64,000 nt of DNA from Macrostomum lignano (Eukaryota). The notes under the pieces were generated by a model, which had not been told where the DNA came from, ran no database searches, and worked only from the letters and a program-made list of their open reading frames with translations. The position numbers and the translations under genes were made by a program. The stretch spans positions 269,716-333,715 of the forward strand of contig NIVC01000922.1 in assembly GCA_002269645.1 (NCBI GenBank), given 5' to 3'. Of this stretch, positions 43,377 through 56,900 are shown one piece after another; within the stretch, counting starts at the first letter, position 1; each line of letters begins with the position of its first letter.

Positions 43377-46300
43377 AGACTTCGCTTGCGTTGCTTTTGC
43401 CATTTTTATCTTTGAATGAAGCTTTTTTATATTTTAACCGCCCACCAGATTTTGCGGTCCCTTACTTCGCTTCACGACCTCTCCAGTGCTGTTGACTTTT
43501 CCCTAACAGGTTATATTGTCGTTCTTTACGCGTCTTTTGACCAAAGTGTCACACTTGCTTTTAACGAAATAATAATAAGATATCTCTCGCCCTGGGAGAT
43601 TCTCCGTCTGATTTCTTATTCACATTTTCCATTCGAAGTAATCAAGCCTCTTAAATAGTTGTTATAGATGCAAATTTGTTTTACATCTTCAGCAGATAAT
43701 AAGATACAGCAAAGCAAAATTAGCTATAAACGGATAGTAAAAGTACTGCATGTACTGGGGTAAAAACTTGAGTTAGTGAGAGGTACCACTTTATCTGTAC
43801 TTGCAATCATAGAATATGAATAGTAATATGGATTTAAGTTAGATTAAAATTTGTACATTTTAAACATCAGAAAAGATATTCAAATTCAATTAACTATTAT
43901 CTAATTTCCTAGATTCAATATTATGTTTGCATCTCTGCAGATACGTCGTCATCATGCACCCGCTGCGGCCGCGCCCGAAGCGCTTGGCCATCATCGCTAG
44001 CATCGCGTTTATCTGGGCATTCAGCATGGTCACCGCCGCCCCACCGGCCATTTTTAGCGAGCTGCAAGTGAATGAAAAAATGTTTACTAATTGTAACATC
44101 GCAGCGAAAGTCTTTGTGGCGTAAGTTAACCGCAATGTGTACTATTCTAGAAATTCGAGCCAAAAAACATGGAAAATTGACTGCTAATTCTCTACGTGAA
44201 CTATAGATTCTATTCGGAAGTTCAACATGTCTTTTCTAATTTAAATAAAATAGTCAGAGGCTTCTACGAAGTCTTCACTTTTTATTGAAAAGTAGGATCA
44301 CGAGACCGAAATTCCAAAACAGAAAGTAGTGAATCATGGTAAATAGGGCACGTAAAATGTGTTGCGTGTCTGCTTTAACCATGGGGTTTTTATGCTAGCT
44401 AGGGGCCGTTTTAAACGAACAACAAGAGCCAAGAGAAGACTTCTTCTTTCTCTAGAAAAGAAAACTAACGCTTCTGAGCTGCGAAAAATTGATTAAATGC
44501 CACCAGGCCTTCGAGCTGCTTAGTTCTCGAAGACCAGAGAGGCAAGTGATAATAGCAGGATGATGAAGCTAAAAAAATAAAACATTTCCCCCCGATTTTA
44601 AGTACTCAACCAAGTTTACAAGCTTAGTCTTGGACCGGGTCCGAAAAATCTTTTAGTGGCTCTCTACCCTGCCCATATATTTTTCTGGCAGTTTTAAGCG
44701 AATCGATTTATCCCATTCTGAGAGGTAACCCCAGACTCAATATGCTTTCCTCCCTTTCCTCGCTAAAATTGCAGGTACAATTACGTGTTAATGACTCTGC
44801 AGTATCTGGTACCAGTGATCGTGGTAGGAATCGCCTACATCATCATCGGGATTCGTCTGTGGACTCAGCAGCCGATCGGGGAGCAGACGCAGGCTCAGGA
44901 GGAGACCGTAAAGGCTAAGCGAAAGGTCAGCCGATAAATTACTGAGTTTAACTTATTGAACGCAGGCGCACATGGTAGTTCAGTAACAAAACTTTACACT
45001 GGATCGTTACACAGTAGTTCGTGTATTACTCAAAACCAAAGAAGTACTCAGATCGGAGCTCTGATGTGACAGAATTAAGCTGATTAGCTCTGACGTTTGA
45101 TGCTTGGATCGACTGAAGAAGACTACAGTCGGACAGACAGGCAGACAGGCATATAGACAGACAGGAAAAAATTGTGGAAGACAAAACTGCAAAATAGAAA
45201 GAGGTACAGAAGCCAGACAAACATGTGTAATTCGTGACAATCCATTCCTAATGCAAGGGAAAATTTCCCGCCCAACACAAAAAAGTGTCTCTCTCTCCCT
45301 CTCTTAATCCCTTGATCCCCTGTTGCATCCCTTCCGCTTCACTAGCAGCATGACCTTGCCTGCCCAAACCGATACCCTCACTAATCTCAAACTCAAGGCT
45401 CGCCACGCACCGTCCAAGCAAAATTTGGTCAAACACAATCGACTTCGATTTTTTTTTCACCGACCGGCACCCCTTAACCTTCTCCGTCTCTTATTTGAAA
45501 CTTCGTTTCCTTTCATTTGCAAGTAGAATGATGATGATGATGAATAGAAACTGCTGGTCGGGAGACGGATCCAGAGGCTCTGCTTTCATGGGAAACGCTG
45601 GCATATGTTGCTCCGAATGCAGCTGCCTGCACGGTTATTATACATCTATGCCGTATATGAAAGGAAACGAGAGGGGAAATTGAAGGAAGAGTAACCAACG
45701 GAAGAACCAAGGGATATTGCGTATGTTCTAAGATGGTGAGCAAAACGAAGCTGGCGCCGCGATGAAGAAGGGGAAGAATCCAGAGACGTCAATCGTCGAT
45801 TCGGTACAGGTTGACGCGGGAGATTTTTTTCGATCTTCAAAAATATGCTCTCCCCATCTGGCACGGTTAGGGCTGAGTTGGACTGAGCAGTGCCTTCTAT
45901 TTTTGGTTCTCTTTCTCCGGGATTTTCTTGTATTCAACGAGGACTGTTGCACCGAAATACACGTCAGGCAAATTTGAGGGGTGGGGGGATTAATTTGACT
46001 GATTGCTTTCAATTGTGAGAACAAGCTGTGTCGCACTGAAGTAAAGGAATTTACGATTGGACGTTTCACATCGCGGCATTGGAATGTGTGGATGGGATGT
46101 CGACTTGGACACTAATGCGCAGTAGCATCTGGATTGGGATTTTTCAAATAAAACCGACTCATTGTTCTTTTCTCTGTTGTGTATTTAAAAAAACACTTGC
46201 TGAAAAATTTAAATTTTGTTTTGAAAGACCCTGAAAGACCCTGAAAGACCCTGAAAGACCCTGAAAGACCCTGAAAGACCCTGAAAGACCCTGAAAGACC

Positions 46301-47902
46301 CTGAAAGACCTTGAAAGACCTTGAAAGACTGAAAGATCCTGAAAGACTATGAAAGACCCTGAAAGACCCTGAAAGACCCTGAAAGACCCTGAAAGACCCT
46401 GAAAGACCCTGAAAGACCCTGAAAGACTATGAAAGACCCTGAAAGACCCTGAAAGACCCTGAAAGACCCTGAAAGACTATGAAAGACCCTGAAAGACCCT
46501 GAAAGACCCTGAAAGACCCTGAAAGACTATGAAAGACCCTGAAAGACCCTGAAAGACCCTGAAAGACCCTGAAAGACCCTGAAAGACTCTGAAAGACCCT
46601 GAAAAAGTTATTAGCTACTCTTATATTCCGGATTATTTGTACAATAGCAACTCTGGCTATTATTATATGCAATGAAACCAACTGAAATATTGGCAGAGGC
46701 ACGATTCCACCACCACAAGTTGTGTTTAGTAGTCCATGAACCGGATTAGGATGAAAGCTCAGAAAGAAGTGGAGTTTAATCAACGAAATGGAACTGGCGG
46801 AAAAATAATTATGGGCGAAACCGATAATTTCATTGATGGGAAATAAATAGCCTAGTTCTGGGTTGATTGGCCTTGAAAGACTTCTCTGAAATAATTAAGC
46901 CGCATAATTGAATTGCAATAATTGACGGCTTGAATTGAAAGGGCAATATAACAGTTAATATTAGTTTTTTCACGTGACGTTCTTTTTTTTTCTCCACAGC
47001 AATCCAATTGACTACAGAAAGCTAGTATTACATTTAATGACTTATTATTTTCCAGATTGTCCTCATGATGATCACGGTCGTGGTCATTTTCGCCCTGTGT
47101 TGGCTGCCCTACCAGATCAGCTTCTTCTTTTCTAACAACTCGGCTGCGCTGTTCATCGCGCTGTACTTTCTGGCCATCTGCAGCACCTGGCCGAATCCCT
47201 TTATTTATTGCAAAATGAACAACAAGTAAGCGATGGGGTGTTGGTCTGTTGGAGGCATTGTGGGCTGTTGGTCTGTTGGAGGCATTGTAGGCTGTTGGTC
47301 TGTTGGAGGCATTGTGGGCTGTTGGTCTGTTGGAGGCATTGTGGGCTGTTGGTCTGTTGGAGGCATTGTAGGCTGTTGGTCTGTTGGAGGCATTGTGGGC
47401 TGTTGGTCTGTTGGAGGCATTGTTGGGTGTTGGTGAGTTAGATTCTAAAAGACGTTTCATGGGAACTGTTTGAAGATGTGACATAAGTTCTAAAGTTGAA
47501 AAACTTGGTGCATTGCAATGTTCTGTGATGTTTCTGTCCGAAACACGAGAGCTCAAATTTGAGATAGGCTCCCAGCTCCAGCGCAGCCACTCAAAATCCT
47601 TCAAATCCCGCAGTTTTCGCACCGGCTTCAAGCAGGCATTCCGATTTCTGCCCTGCGTGAAAGCCGACCCGGAGCAGTATGCCCTGCTAAAGCTCGGCAG
47701 GGCCAAGGGCCACACGGTGCATAGCTACTCGCGAGCTGCCAACCGCTGCCAGCAGATGTCTCAGCGCCAGCAGCAGCAACACCAGCAGCAGCAGCAGCAG
47801 CAGCAGTCAGTCGCTCTTTTAAGTCGCGATTGCAACGAAGCTCCAGATGGTGGCGGCAAAGTAGATCCACAGTCGATGACTCATTCTACTCAAGAGGTGT
47901 AA
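42079..47902 (+). CDS. Tachykinin-receptor-like class A neuropeptide GPCR (383 aa, 5 exons)
   Basis: Exons 42079-42440, 43941-44120, 44775-44925, 47056-47225, 47614-47902; phases match. [85 protein letters not shown] closely follow TACR motifs, and intron positions match the TACR pattern (within DRY, ECL2, ICL3, after TM7). Confidence 0.92.
46222..46605. repeat. Tandem array, 10-bp unit GAAAGACCCT
   Basis: Direct repeats in GPCR intron 3. Confidence 0.97.
47232..47432. repeat. Tandem array, 27-bp unit GTTGGTCTGTTGGAGGCATTGTGGGCT
   Basis: Direct repeats beginning within ~15 nt of donor 47226. Confidence 0.96.
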
Positions 47903-49477
47903 CAGTTATCGCAATAGAAAATGCTTCTAATTAGCTGCTTGCAAGATTTTTGAGATGAGAATCTTACTTAAAAACGTGGCTTTAGATAAAAAATAAGTAG
48001 TGAAAAAATTTCTCGAAAAAATCATTGTTTTGTTAAACAATTATAAAAAATCAACACGAATTTTCTATCTATACTACTATAGGCCGTGACTAGTCAGTAG
48101 TAGGAAAGGCTTCATTATGTTTTAAAAAATACCCCGAGACAACCTAAACAGCTCGAGTAGCCCGATTTAATCCATGTTTGTTTGTACTTTTCAAACTCAT
48201 ATTTTTTTGTGCGATTTACAAAATAACGTTTGTTGTCAGTTGCTTGTAAGCGCTTCTATGTAATGCATCATTACCTTCTGCTTACTCGATTCGCTATATG
48301 TTATTGATGCATATTTAGCAAGCGTTGGTGACCTGTCGTTTGACCATAGGCACCAAGCCTGTTCCCATGACTAAAAGGCAAGTACGGAGAACGTACTGGC
48401 ATGTCCATACTATAGAAATTTTTGAAGGCTCAATAAGTAGGCAAGCCAAATTGGACACCTTTCTCGTCTGATCTCAACTTAGGCAAATGATATTTCAGAA
48501 CCAGGGTGACTCCCATGAGCAGGCACACAAGCGCGCGGATACGAACGCAGTCATACGCACAGGCACAATCCCACAGGAGTGTACAGCGGCCCTAACTTTA
48601 TTTATCGTTAGGCATAGCCAAGCCGAGATGATCCAATCGGGGTTGAAGCGAAGGAGAAAGAATTAAAATAAAGAGGTTTTGCCATAGACGATTGAGCCAT
48701 TGACGATTTCTAATCCCATGCGTAGAGTCAAACTAGAGTTTGCTCTGCTGGCTAAACCAAAAGGTCTCCCTCTTTTGTATAGTCCCATGCCGCTTGCTCT
48801 GTTCAATTCTGACATTAATAAAATTGATCAATGCCCCCCCCCCCCCGATCTCCTAGCGAGTCTATGACGTAATCAATTGCGATAAAAGTTGATTAAAGAT
48901 CTTTTCTGCTAGTAGTATTGTGTGCACGAAGTAAAAGTTCTATATTAATGTGTAAAATTATTAGTTATCGTCTGTTTCTCGAGGATAAAAGCAAAAGTTT
49001 ATTTACCGTTGTTATGTATAAATGTATGTTTCTTGAACTAAATTGTACAATTTTTAATATTTTAAGCTCCAATGTGATTTGTCCAAGTTATAATCGAATT
49101 GAAACAACCTGAAAGTACATCGCCGAAGTTGGTTATATCGTGTAATATTTTCGCTAAATGAAATTAGCTTTGAGTTTTATTCAATCAAGGCATCACTATC
49201 GAATAAGCAGAATGCCCTCACGCGCTCTGAATTCGGCTCAGAGGTACTCTCAGGTACATGTATCCCCTGAATACACCGCAGAATTCACCCCAAAGTACCC
49301 CCCCCGGAATAGAACCCAAAAATACCCTCAAAATATCCTAGGAAGGCGCCTGAATAATAACCAAGAAAGCCTCAGGCTCAGAGTGCACCCTAAATAAGAG
49401 GATACAACAAATTACGCTCGAAAGCCTCCACAATATATCTTAGAAAACATACCAGGACACCACCAGTTCCCCCAAAG

Positions 49478-50040
49478 ATACCTCTCAGAGTCCACCCCAA
49501 GACACCCCAAAGAGTCCACCCCAAGACACCCCAAAGAGTCCACCCCAAGACACCCCCAAAAGTCCATCCCAAGACACCTCTAAGAGTCCACCCCAAGACA
49601 CCCCTAAGAAAGAGTCCACCCCAAGACACCCCTATGAGTCCACCCCAAGGCACCCCTAAGAGTTTACCCCAAGATACCCCTAAGAGTCCACCCCAAGACA
49701 CCCCTAAGAGTCCACCCCAAGACACCCCTTAAGAGTCCACCCCAAGACACCCCAAAAGTCCATCCCAAGACACCTCTAAGAGTCCACCCCAAGACACCCC
49801 TAAGAAAGAGTCCACCCTAAGACACCCCTATGAGTCCACCCCAAGACACCCGTAAGAGTCCACCCCAAGGCACCCCTAAGAGTTTACCCCAAGATACCCC
49901 TAAGAGTCCACCCCAAGACACCCCTAAGAGTCCACCCCAAGACACCCCTAAGAGTCCACCCCAAGGCACCCCTAAGAGTTTACCCCAAGATACCCCTAAG
50001 AGTCCACCCCAAGACACCCCTAAGAGTCCACCCCAAGACC
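49478..50040. repeat. C-rich array, ~24-bp unit AGAGTCCACCCCAAGACACCCCTA; internal block duplication
   Basis: Direct repeats; the block at ~49550-49730 recurs at ~49735-49940. Confidence 0.95.
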
Positions 50041-51419
50041 TCGCCAAGATGCAACCCCGGAAGCTCCCCTAAGATACCACAGAATCCATCCAAACTAGCC
50101 TCTGTGAGACGCCCCAAGGTTTCTCAGAAAATACGTCGGGATACCCATAGAACCTCAGCAAGGTTACCCACCAGATGGCACCCAATGCTCCGCAGATGTA
50201 TTTAACGAAGTCTTAAAAATTCAGTTTCATTACAGGGCCACCATGCAGGCACAGGGCAGTACAGTGCGAGAGCACAAAGTCACTGCTTGCTCGTAGAGAA
50301 GCAGGTGACAGAGAAACATATAGAGGCATGTACGAGCCGTATATGCCAAGACGTGTCTGTATAATATGAAGACAGTTATATGGGGTTACACAATGCCACA
50401 CCTGCGTGTGGCATTGACGCCTTAATTAGTTAGTCAGATCCATTTTCGTGATAGATTAATTCTTATCGGCTGGGACTGAGCAAGTTTTGAGATAATGTCG
50501 TCCTCTCCTCCTAGTCAGAGTTGAGCTATTGGAGTTTTTGAGTAATTAAAATGTACATACAACCCTATCTATATAAGATGGCATTCTTAATTGCTAACTT
50601 CAATCCAACTCATAATAGTGTACGCTTACAGTGAGAAAGATTGCGAGCTGTTCTGACAATATTCTTATCAAAGTTACATGTATATTAATAATTGTCCTTA
50701 ATTACTGCTTGATTCTGTGCTCCGACTCTTAGGTTGGAATCAGGTGCCCAGTAATGGGTTAAAATTTACTATCATTCAATGGACTTCTGGAGGCTCACTT
50801 GTTTACTTAATTGCTTAATAGCACCCCAATTTTACCAAGCATTGATAGATGATATATTTCGAGAACGTTATCTCAATTAAATTATATGATTTTCGCTGGT
50901 TTTAACTTTGTATTCGTCTGTAATTACACCATTAGTGTAACGAGCATACGATCGTACAGTGACTAATTGGATTGTATCAAAGTAGATTCAATCTAGCGGA
51001 TACATAGTGAATTCATATTACAATTAGCTACAGTTAAAATTCTGATATATAGAGAGCCTCTGGTAAAACACACATGTAGTGTGATACTCGCGATGCAAAG
51101 GTAATCTGCTGTACACCTTGGCTTTTAACCATAAGGTGGTATAAAGTAGACTAAATTCAACGCAACGCAACGGACGAAAAGGAACCCCTGCTTAGGATGA
51201 AACTGGCTACAATAAACGCAAGCGCCATCAAATACTGTTGAGCCTTATGGTATATAAGTGTTGACACAGCTTTGTACAGGATTTCTCTCTGCTATAGCTA
51301 AATAAATAGAATAGTTCTGCTTTATGTATCGAAACTGGGCCATTCTCGCACAAATTCGCAGCAAGTCAAAGACTTCAAAGCCATTATGCATATATAGTTT
51401 CACAGCGCGCGGCTCTTCT

Positions 51420-51622
51420 GTTGACGGGGGGGGGGCGGGCGGTGAGGAGGTGCAGAGAGGCAATTAGAGGGGGGGAGTGTATAGATGTGAGCGCCTTTGG
51501 CTCTGCGACCATGCACCCACCACCACTCGTTCACGTGCATTGAAAGCTTGATTGCTATTGGCTGATATCGAAGGGAGCCCTGCAGTACAGTTTCTACTGT
51601 AGTTTTTTCTTCAAGTGTAAGT
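51420..51622 (+). promoter_or_regulatory. Promoter-like cluster plus 5' donor, possibly a non-coding first exon of the CDKL gene
   Basis: GC box GGGCGG, CACGTG, ATTGG (reverse CCAAT), then GTAAGT at 51617; the next strong acceptor before the CDKL ATG is TTTCAG at ~58360. Confidence 0.3.
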
Positions 51623-54600
51623 TTGCCGAAATCGTGATAATAAGAGCGAAGACATGCTGTATATGTATGTACTTCGAGTATATATATATATATACAGGCC
51701 CGAAGCCAAGGCTTCGAATGCAGAGACGCAGACAGGGCACTTAGACTGCGGATCTAACAGCAACACCTAACTGACGTGTGTAATTATAAACTTGCGTCGC
51801 TTCACACCAGGCAATCTGTGATTAATTACTAAGCTATTTATTCAATTAATCCTATGTTTCAGGATCAATTAGAAGGAGCTTTAAAGTTTCTTAAAGTAAT
51901 ATCATAGGTTGCTCGGTATGGTAACGACGTGAAGCATCTATCGAAGTAGATAATTTTACTCTTGATTATCGATTTCATTGTAATTACTATACACCTTATT
52001 GGCTTGTTTAAAAACACTGTAGCAACTTAACTTCTGTGTTTCAGTTAGCATGGTACAAGAAACGGCTGGCTTTTAGACTTCTGGACACACATTGGACACA
52101 TTTCGGACGCATACCGCATCATTGCATCGATAGTGTGAGCTACGAGTAGCTGTTTTTAACCAACTTCATTTTACGTTATGTGATTTAAATTAACAGCCGA
52201 AGCTCAAAAGCGGATTGCAATTTGTTTAAACGATCTGCATGCAGCACAGCAAATCCGAGATGACGGCTAAAAAGCTGCACAATTCGCCTCTACGCTCACA
52301 CGGGTTCAACTTTCCCTGCGACTGAAGACTGTTCTGAACCTGCCATGCCACGTATAGCAGCACGGCTTGAATTCGATACTGCAATAATTTGCGCAGAATA
52401 ACACAATTTCTTGACACAATAACACAAAACGACTGTGAAAGCGAGAACTGTGTATAATCTGTTATAGTTACTGCTGTTATGCGTATATATATAATGTATG
52501 CAGTCCACACAGTTGATGGCAAATAAATTTAATTTTCATAGAAGTGCTCTTAACCCTTTTCATTGTACGTGTCACTGATGCATGTACACGTACATGTAAT
52601 TCTTATTTTGTGAATTAGTAATGAACGTAACTATACTTCAGTAGTGCCATGCGCATCGAACTGTAAATTTATACGACGTAGTAGTACCCGATCTTCGACA
52701 TCTTATACACCAGCGGCATACATGTTGCTCAAAATTTACATTGTATATCTTTGGTCAAAATAAGCTAAATAAACTGATCTGCACCAACTGAAAAAATAGC
52801 AATGATGTCTCGAGATGTACATGTAATAAATTACCTCTAAATTTATGTACTTAGTTTGCGCCATCATACAACATGCAGACGGGACAGTTGATTGATACGT
52901 AGGAGAGACGGGAAAGACGGCCAGAAAAAATAGGGAATTTTCGTCAAAATACAGCACAGCCCGGCCCTCCACCGGCCCTTCACTGATTTCTGCAAAAGAA
53001 GAAGTCTAAATTGGAACATTTTTTGGTATGTATGCATACATGTATAATGTATTTTTTAGCGGGCTTCGGCTCAATTGCATGTACGACTCGTACGTGTACA
53101 TGAACATTTTTCGGAATCCATAAATGTAATTATTTTTACTAATTTGTCTTGCAGTACCTGTAAAGCCCTAAAAGGGTAGCAATGTACGTACATGTAATGA
53201 AAAAAACATGTAAGGATCAGAACTACATGTTATGTACCTCGCGTATAGCGCTGCACACTACTTTTCGTGTACCATGTATATTTTACACTGGACGCACAAA
53301 AATCTTTTGTTAAAATCTCTGCTATTAGGTAATACAATACAAGTTAAAATATTTGAGGCTGTAAGAGAAAACTATGATTAAATCGCATGCAGCAGAGTAC
53401 ATTTTAGTACCAGTTAATAGACTGCATTATACTATTGCAATTCTATAATGCTATAGCTTAATTAATGATACGAGCTACATGCAGTGTAAACTACAGTGTC
53501 AGCGCTGTTTCATAGCTTGTCTATATATTGTATAGCATCAAGTTGCAGCAAACACAAAAGAAAATTTGGCAAGAGATGCATGTTCGCGTGTGTATTTAAG
53601 TATTTACTCAACATTTTTTCATGTATTTTCTTGATTGAACGGATACACCGAAACTATTACGCGTTTTAAGATCTTATAACAAAGAAGCGGGTAAAAATCC
53701 TTCTGCTTTGGTAAAAACGTTTAAAAAAAGTGTATCATAGCAATATAATAGTATTCTTCTTTTATTTTGTAAGAAAAATAAGTTTTGTAGCTGCAAACTT
53801 AGCGTCGTTTCACAGTTTTAACAGACAATCTTGAAAGGTTTAAAACTCCCTGTAAATTGATCATGTGATGTGATTGCTGATTCGACTTAAGAAGTCAGTT
53901 GGACTCCGTCTGCCACTGCTACAAATCGAACAAAAACTGAAAACTTTTAATGTTTAAGTGAACTTATGGGTATGAATTATCTTTTATTTTGCTAAAAAGC
54001 CGTGCCCACCAACTTTATACATGTATAAGGACGATAGTATTTAAATCAAGGCATACACAGCATTCAGAATAATTTCTCCACGCATATGTGTATGCATAAT
54101 GAACGGTACAGTAGAGATAAATGTGCAGATAATACAAAATGACCTTTGTAGCAAAATTTGAGCAATTTTATCTGTTCAGATTTTTTAACTAGAATGAATA
54201 ATGAAATTTAGTGAACTTTCAACAAACTTAAGCATAGCTATCATTAATCATTTTAGACTCAATGGTGATTTTTTTATTTTTCGCTCTTGATTTATTTATC
54301 TAGTTTATATACTTTTGTTATATTTATTTATCTTTATCTATTAGCATAGCTTTAAAATATTGTCATTGTCAGATAATTTGGATTAGATTAATTATTTTAT
54401 GCAATTTATATTATATTATAATGCCCTTTAAGATCATTAACTAAGATGTAATAGAAGAGCAAGGCTTTTAGTATTAGTGGCAGTCAATATATAGTACATA
54501 AATTGTTAATAATAATAATTTAAACTTCACTATAATTGGTAACCTTACTAAATACCTGTAGGCCTAATTCAATATTCTTATCTATTAGGTAAAGGCTTCT

Positions 54601-54968
54601 AATATTTTATTAGGCCATATATTTTGCATTTAGACAACATATTTTGTCTAAAAATTTTTTACCTGATACAAACAAGAGTATTTGATCATATAGGTAGGGT
54701 CTTAACTATATCACCTTTTTGCATTTAATTGGTGCATGGCAGTCAGCAGTCTAACGTGGCAGCGTGGTAGAGATTTTACACAGACAAACCATCGACAATA
54801 AAAACTAATTTGTTTTTTAAGTAATTTTTGCCATAGTTGGAAGTAAAGAATGGTGCAGAGAGGACCATACCATACACTAAAATCAGTCTGGTGGACAGAG
54901 AGGAAAGTGAATGCATGCGTGACTTGTGCTTTTGAGTTTGATTTTCGTGAAATAAGCCAAATTATGAA

Positions 54969-55733
54969 TATAGCTTTTTGCAGCCCATTTGGGCCTACGC
55001 GCATTGAATTTAATCCAAGATACGTTTGCTAATATAACGGAGATTTTGTCTATGGTAGCAAAGCTGGCACAGCGGCATTTAAATTGGTCCAACATGCATC
55101 AATTTGGTCCATAGCTTCATTTGCAACTGTTACGGAGGATCAAGATCAGCCTCATAATTGTGGACCATACGCTGGGCTGTCAAACGAATGCCATTGGCTT
55201 GAGATCAAAGCACTCAACAGAGGTGAACACCCAAAGGACATTGCAAGGTTGCTGAATGTAAAAAAGATGGTTTACAGCATCCATCAGCGCGTTGAAACCA
55301 CTGCCGGCAGAGGTCGCCAGTGACAGGGTGGCAATTGCCAAGGCAAGTTGCGAGAGCCTCAGGTCCAACTGCTACTCGATGCAGTTGAGACGAACCCTTT
55401 GTTGACGGTGCAGAAAATGCAGCAGAAGTTGAAGGAACAGTTCCAGTTGGTTATCAGATTTGGACTATGAGCAGAGCTCTGGAAAGGCGACTGAAAATTG
55501 TTGGTACAGACGCCGACATTCCAGCGGTACGCAACAACCTGCAGACGGTTGCGAGAAGGTAGGAGTTTGCCGAATGGCTCTTGGAGCGTTTGGACCAAAT
55601 TGATGCTTGTTGGACCAAATTAAATGCCGCGGTGCCAGCCTTGCTACCATAGACAAAAGCTCCGTTACATTGGCAAACGTATCTTGGATTAAATTCAATG
55701 CGAGTAGGCCCAAATGGGCTGCCAAAAGCTATA
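54969..55733 (+). mobile_element. Internally deleted Tc1/mariner/IS630-like DNA transposon derivative with ~140-bp imperfect TIRs
   Basis: 54969-~55110 is the reverse complement of ~55590-55733 (TATAGC...CAGCCCATTTGGGCCTAC.CGCATTGAATTTAATCCAAGATACGTTTG...), TA at both ends. The interior encodes frameshifted HTH-like remnants (PKDIARLLNVKKMVYSI; LLLDAVETNPLLTVQKMQQKL; WTMSRAL; RNNLQTVARR*EFAEW); no DDE domain seen. Confidence 0.8.
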
Positions 55734-56737
55734 GTAGCGAAGAAACCTAATTGCCTGGTTATTTCAGTTCTTAGTCTGTGGTGAATACAAACTTTGCTGG
55801 GCTCTTTGCAACGCACCAACTTGAACGCAGTAAAAAAACCAAATCGGTCGAAAAGGGTGAATCAAAGAAAGCATGATTTGGAGCTTTGTTAGGCCAAGCC
55901 AAATAAGTACATGTATAAAAACCTACTGAAACTCAGTTTGTTATTGAAATGTATCCCACGAATGCAAGGAGCGGAAAATATTGACTAGATTTGCGGAGAT
56001 TATGAGTATTCTCCACTCCCTGTATTCGCGGGAGACGTTTTGTCTATGGTAGAAGAAGTTCAACCAACCTCACTCTGGCTTAGGACGTTAATTTTATTGT
56101 CTATGGCAGCGGAGGTCACTTAGTGAGAATCTCCGCTAGCAAAGCACTAGCGACATAGACAAGGCGTACAGGCAAACTGGGATACTGTTCTGTAGTCTAT
56201 GGCCAGGCCCAAATGAGGAATCGCCCAAATGGATGCCCAAATGGATGAATGAAACCTTAGAGAGCGGGAGAAGTTCCTAGAAAGAGAGGAGAACTACGTT
56301 TAAGTACGCATAAGTGCGCATGGTCCTATAAAGTGAGCGCACTGTCCAGAATTACCGTAACAACAGTTCATCACAATTTACATAAAATTTACTTCAGAAA
56401 TACACAGCAAAATCCTTTTGTATTTGTTGAACAACCCTCTTCGATGAGCACAACAAACACGGGCTCCGCTTGCAATTTTGAACTTTCAGAAGATAAACTT
56501 TCCATTTCAATTATTTGTGTCTTTCTGGTTGATGTGCAACTCAGAGAGACTAAAATAAGCCTTAAAAACTTTGCATTCAAAGTTACAGCATGCTGAAATC
56601 TCTACTTGAAGTAAAATTCTAATAAGGTGCATCTGATTTCTGTGGACAACTTTGGGATCTCGTTTTTCTGCCAAAATTCAATCATTTTCTCTTGGGCACA
56701 GTTATCGCTCTGCAGTTAACGCGCTCATATTAATTTC

Positions 56738-56900
56738 ACTGACTGACTGACTGACTGACTGACTGACTGACTGACTGACTGACTGACTGACTGACTGACT
56801 GACTGACTGACTGACTGACTGACTGACTGACTGACTGACTGACTGACTGACTGACTGACTGACTGACTGACTGACTGACTGACTTACTTACTTACTTACT
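56738..56900. repeat. (GACT)n microsatellite switching to (TTAC)n
   Basis: Direct inspection. Confidence 0.96.
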
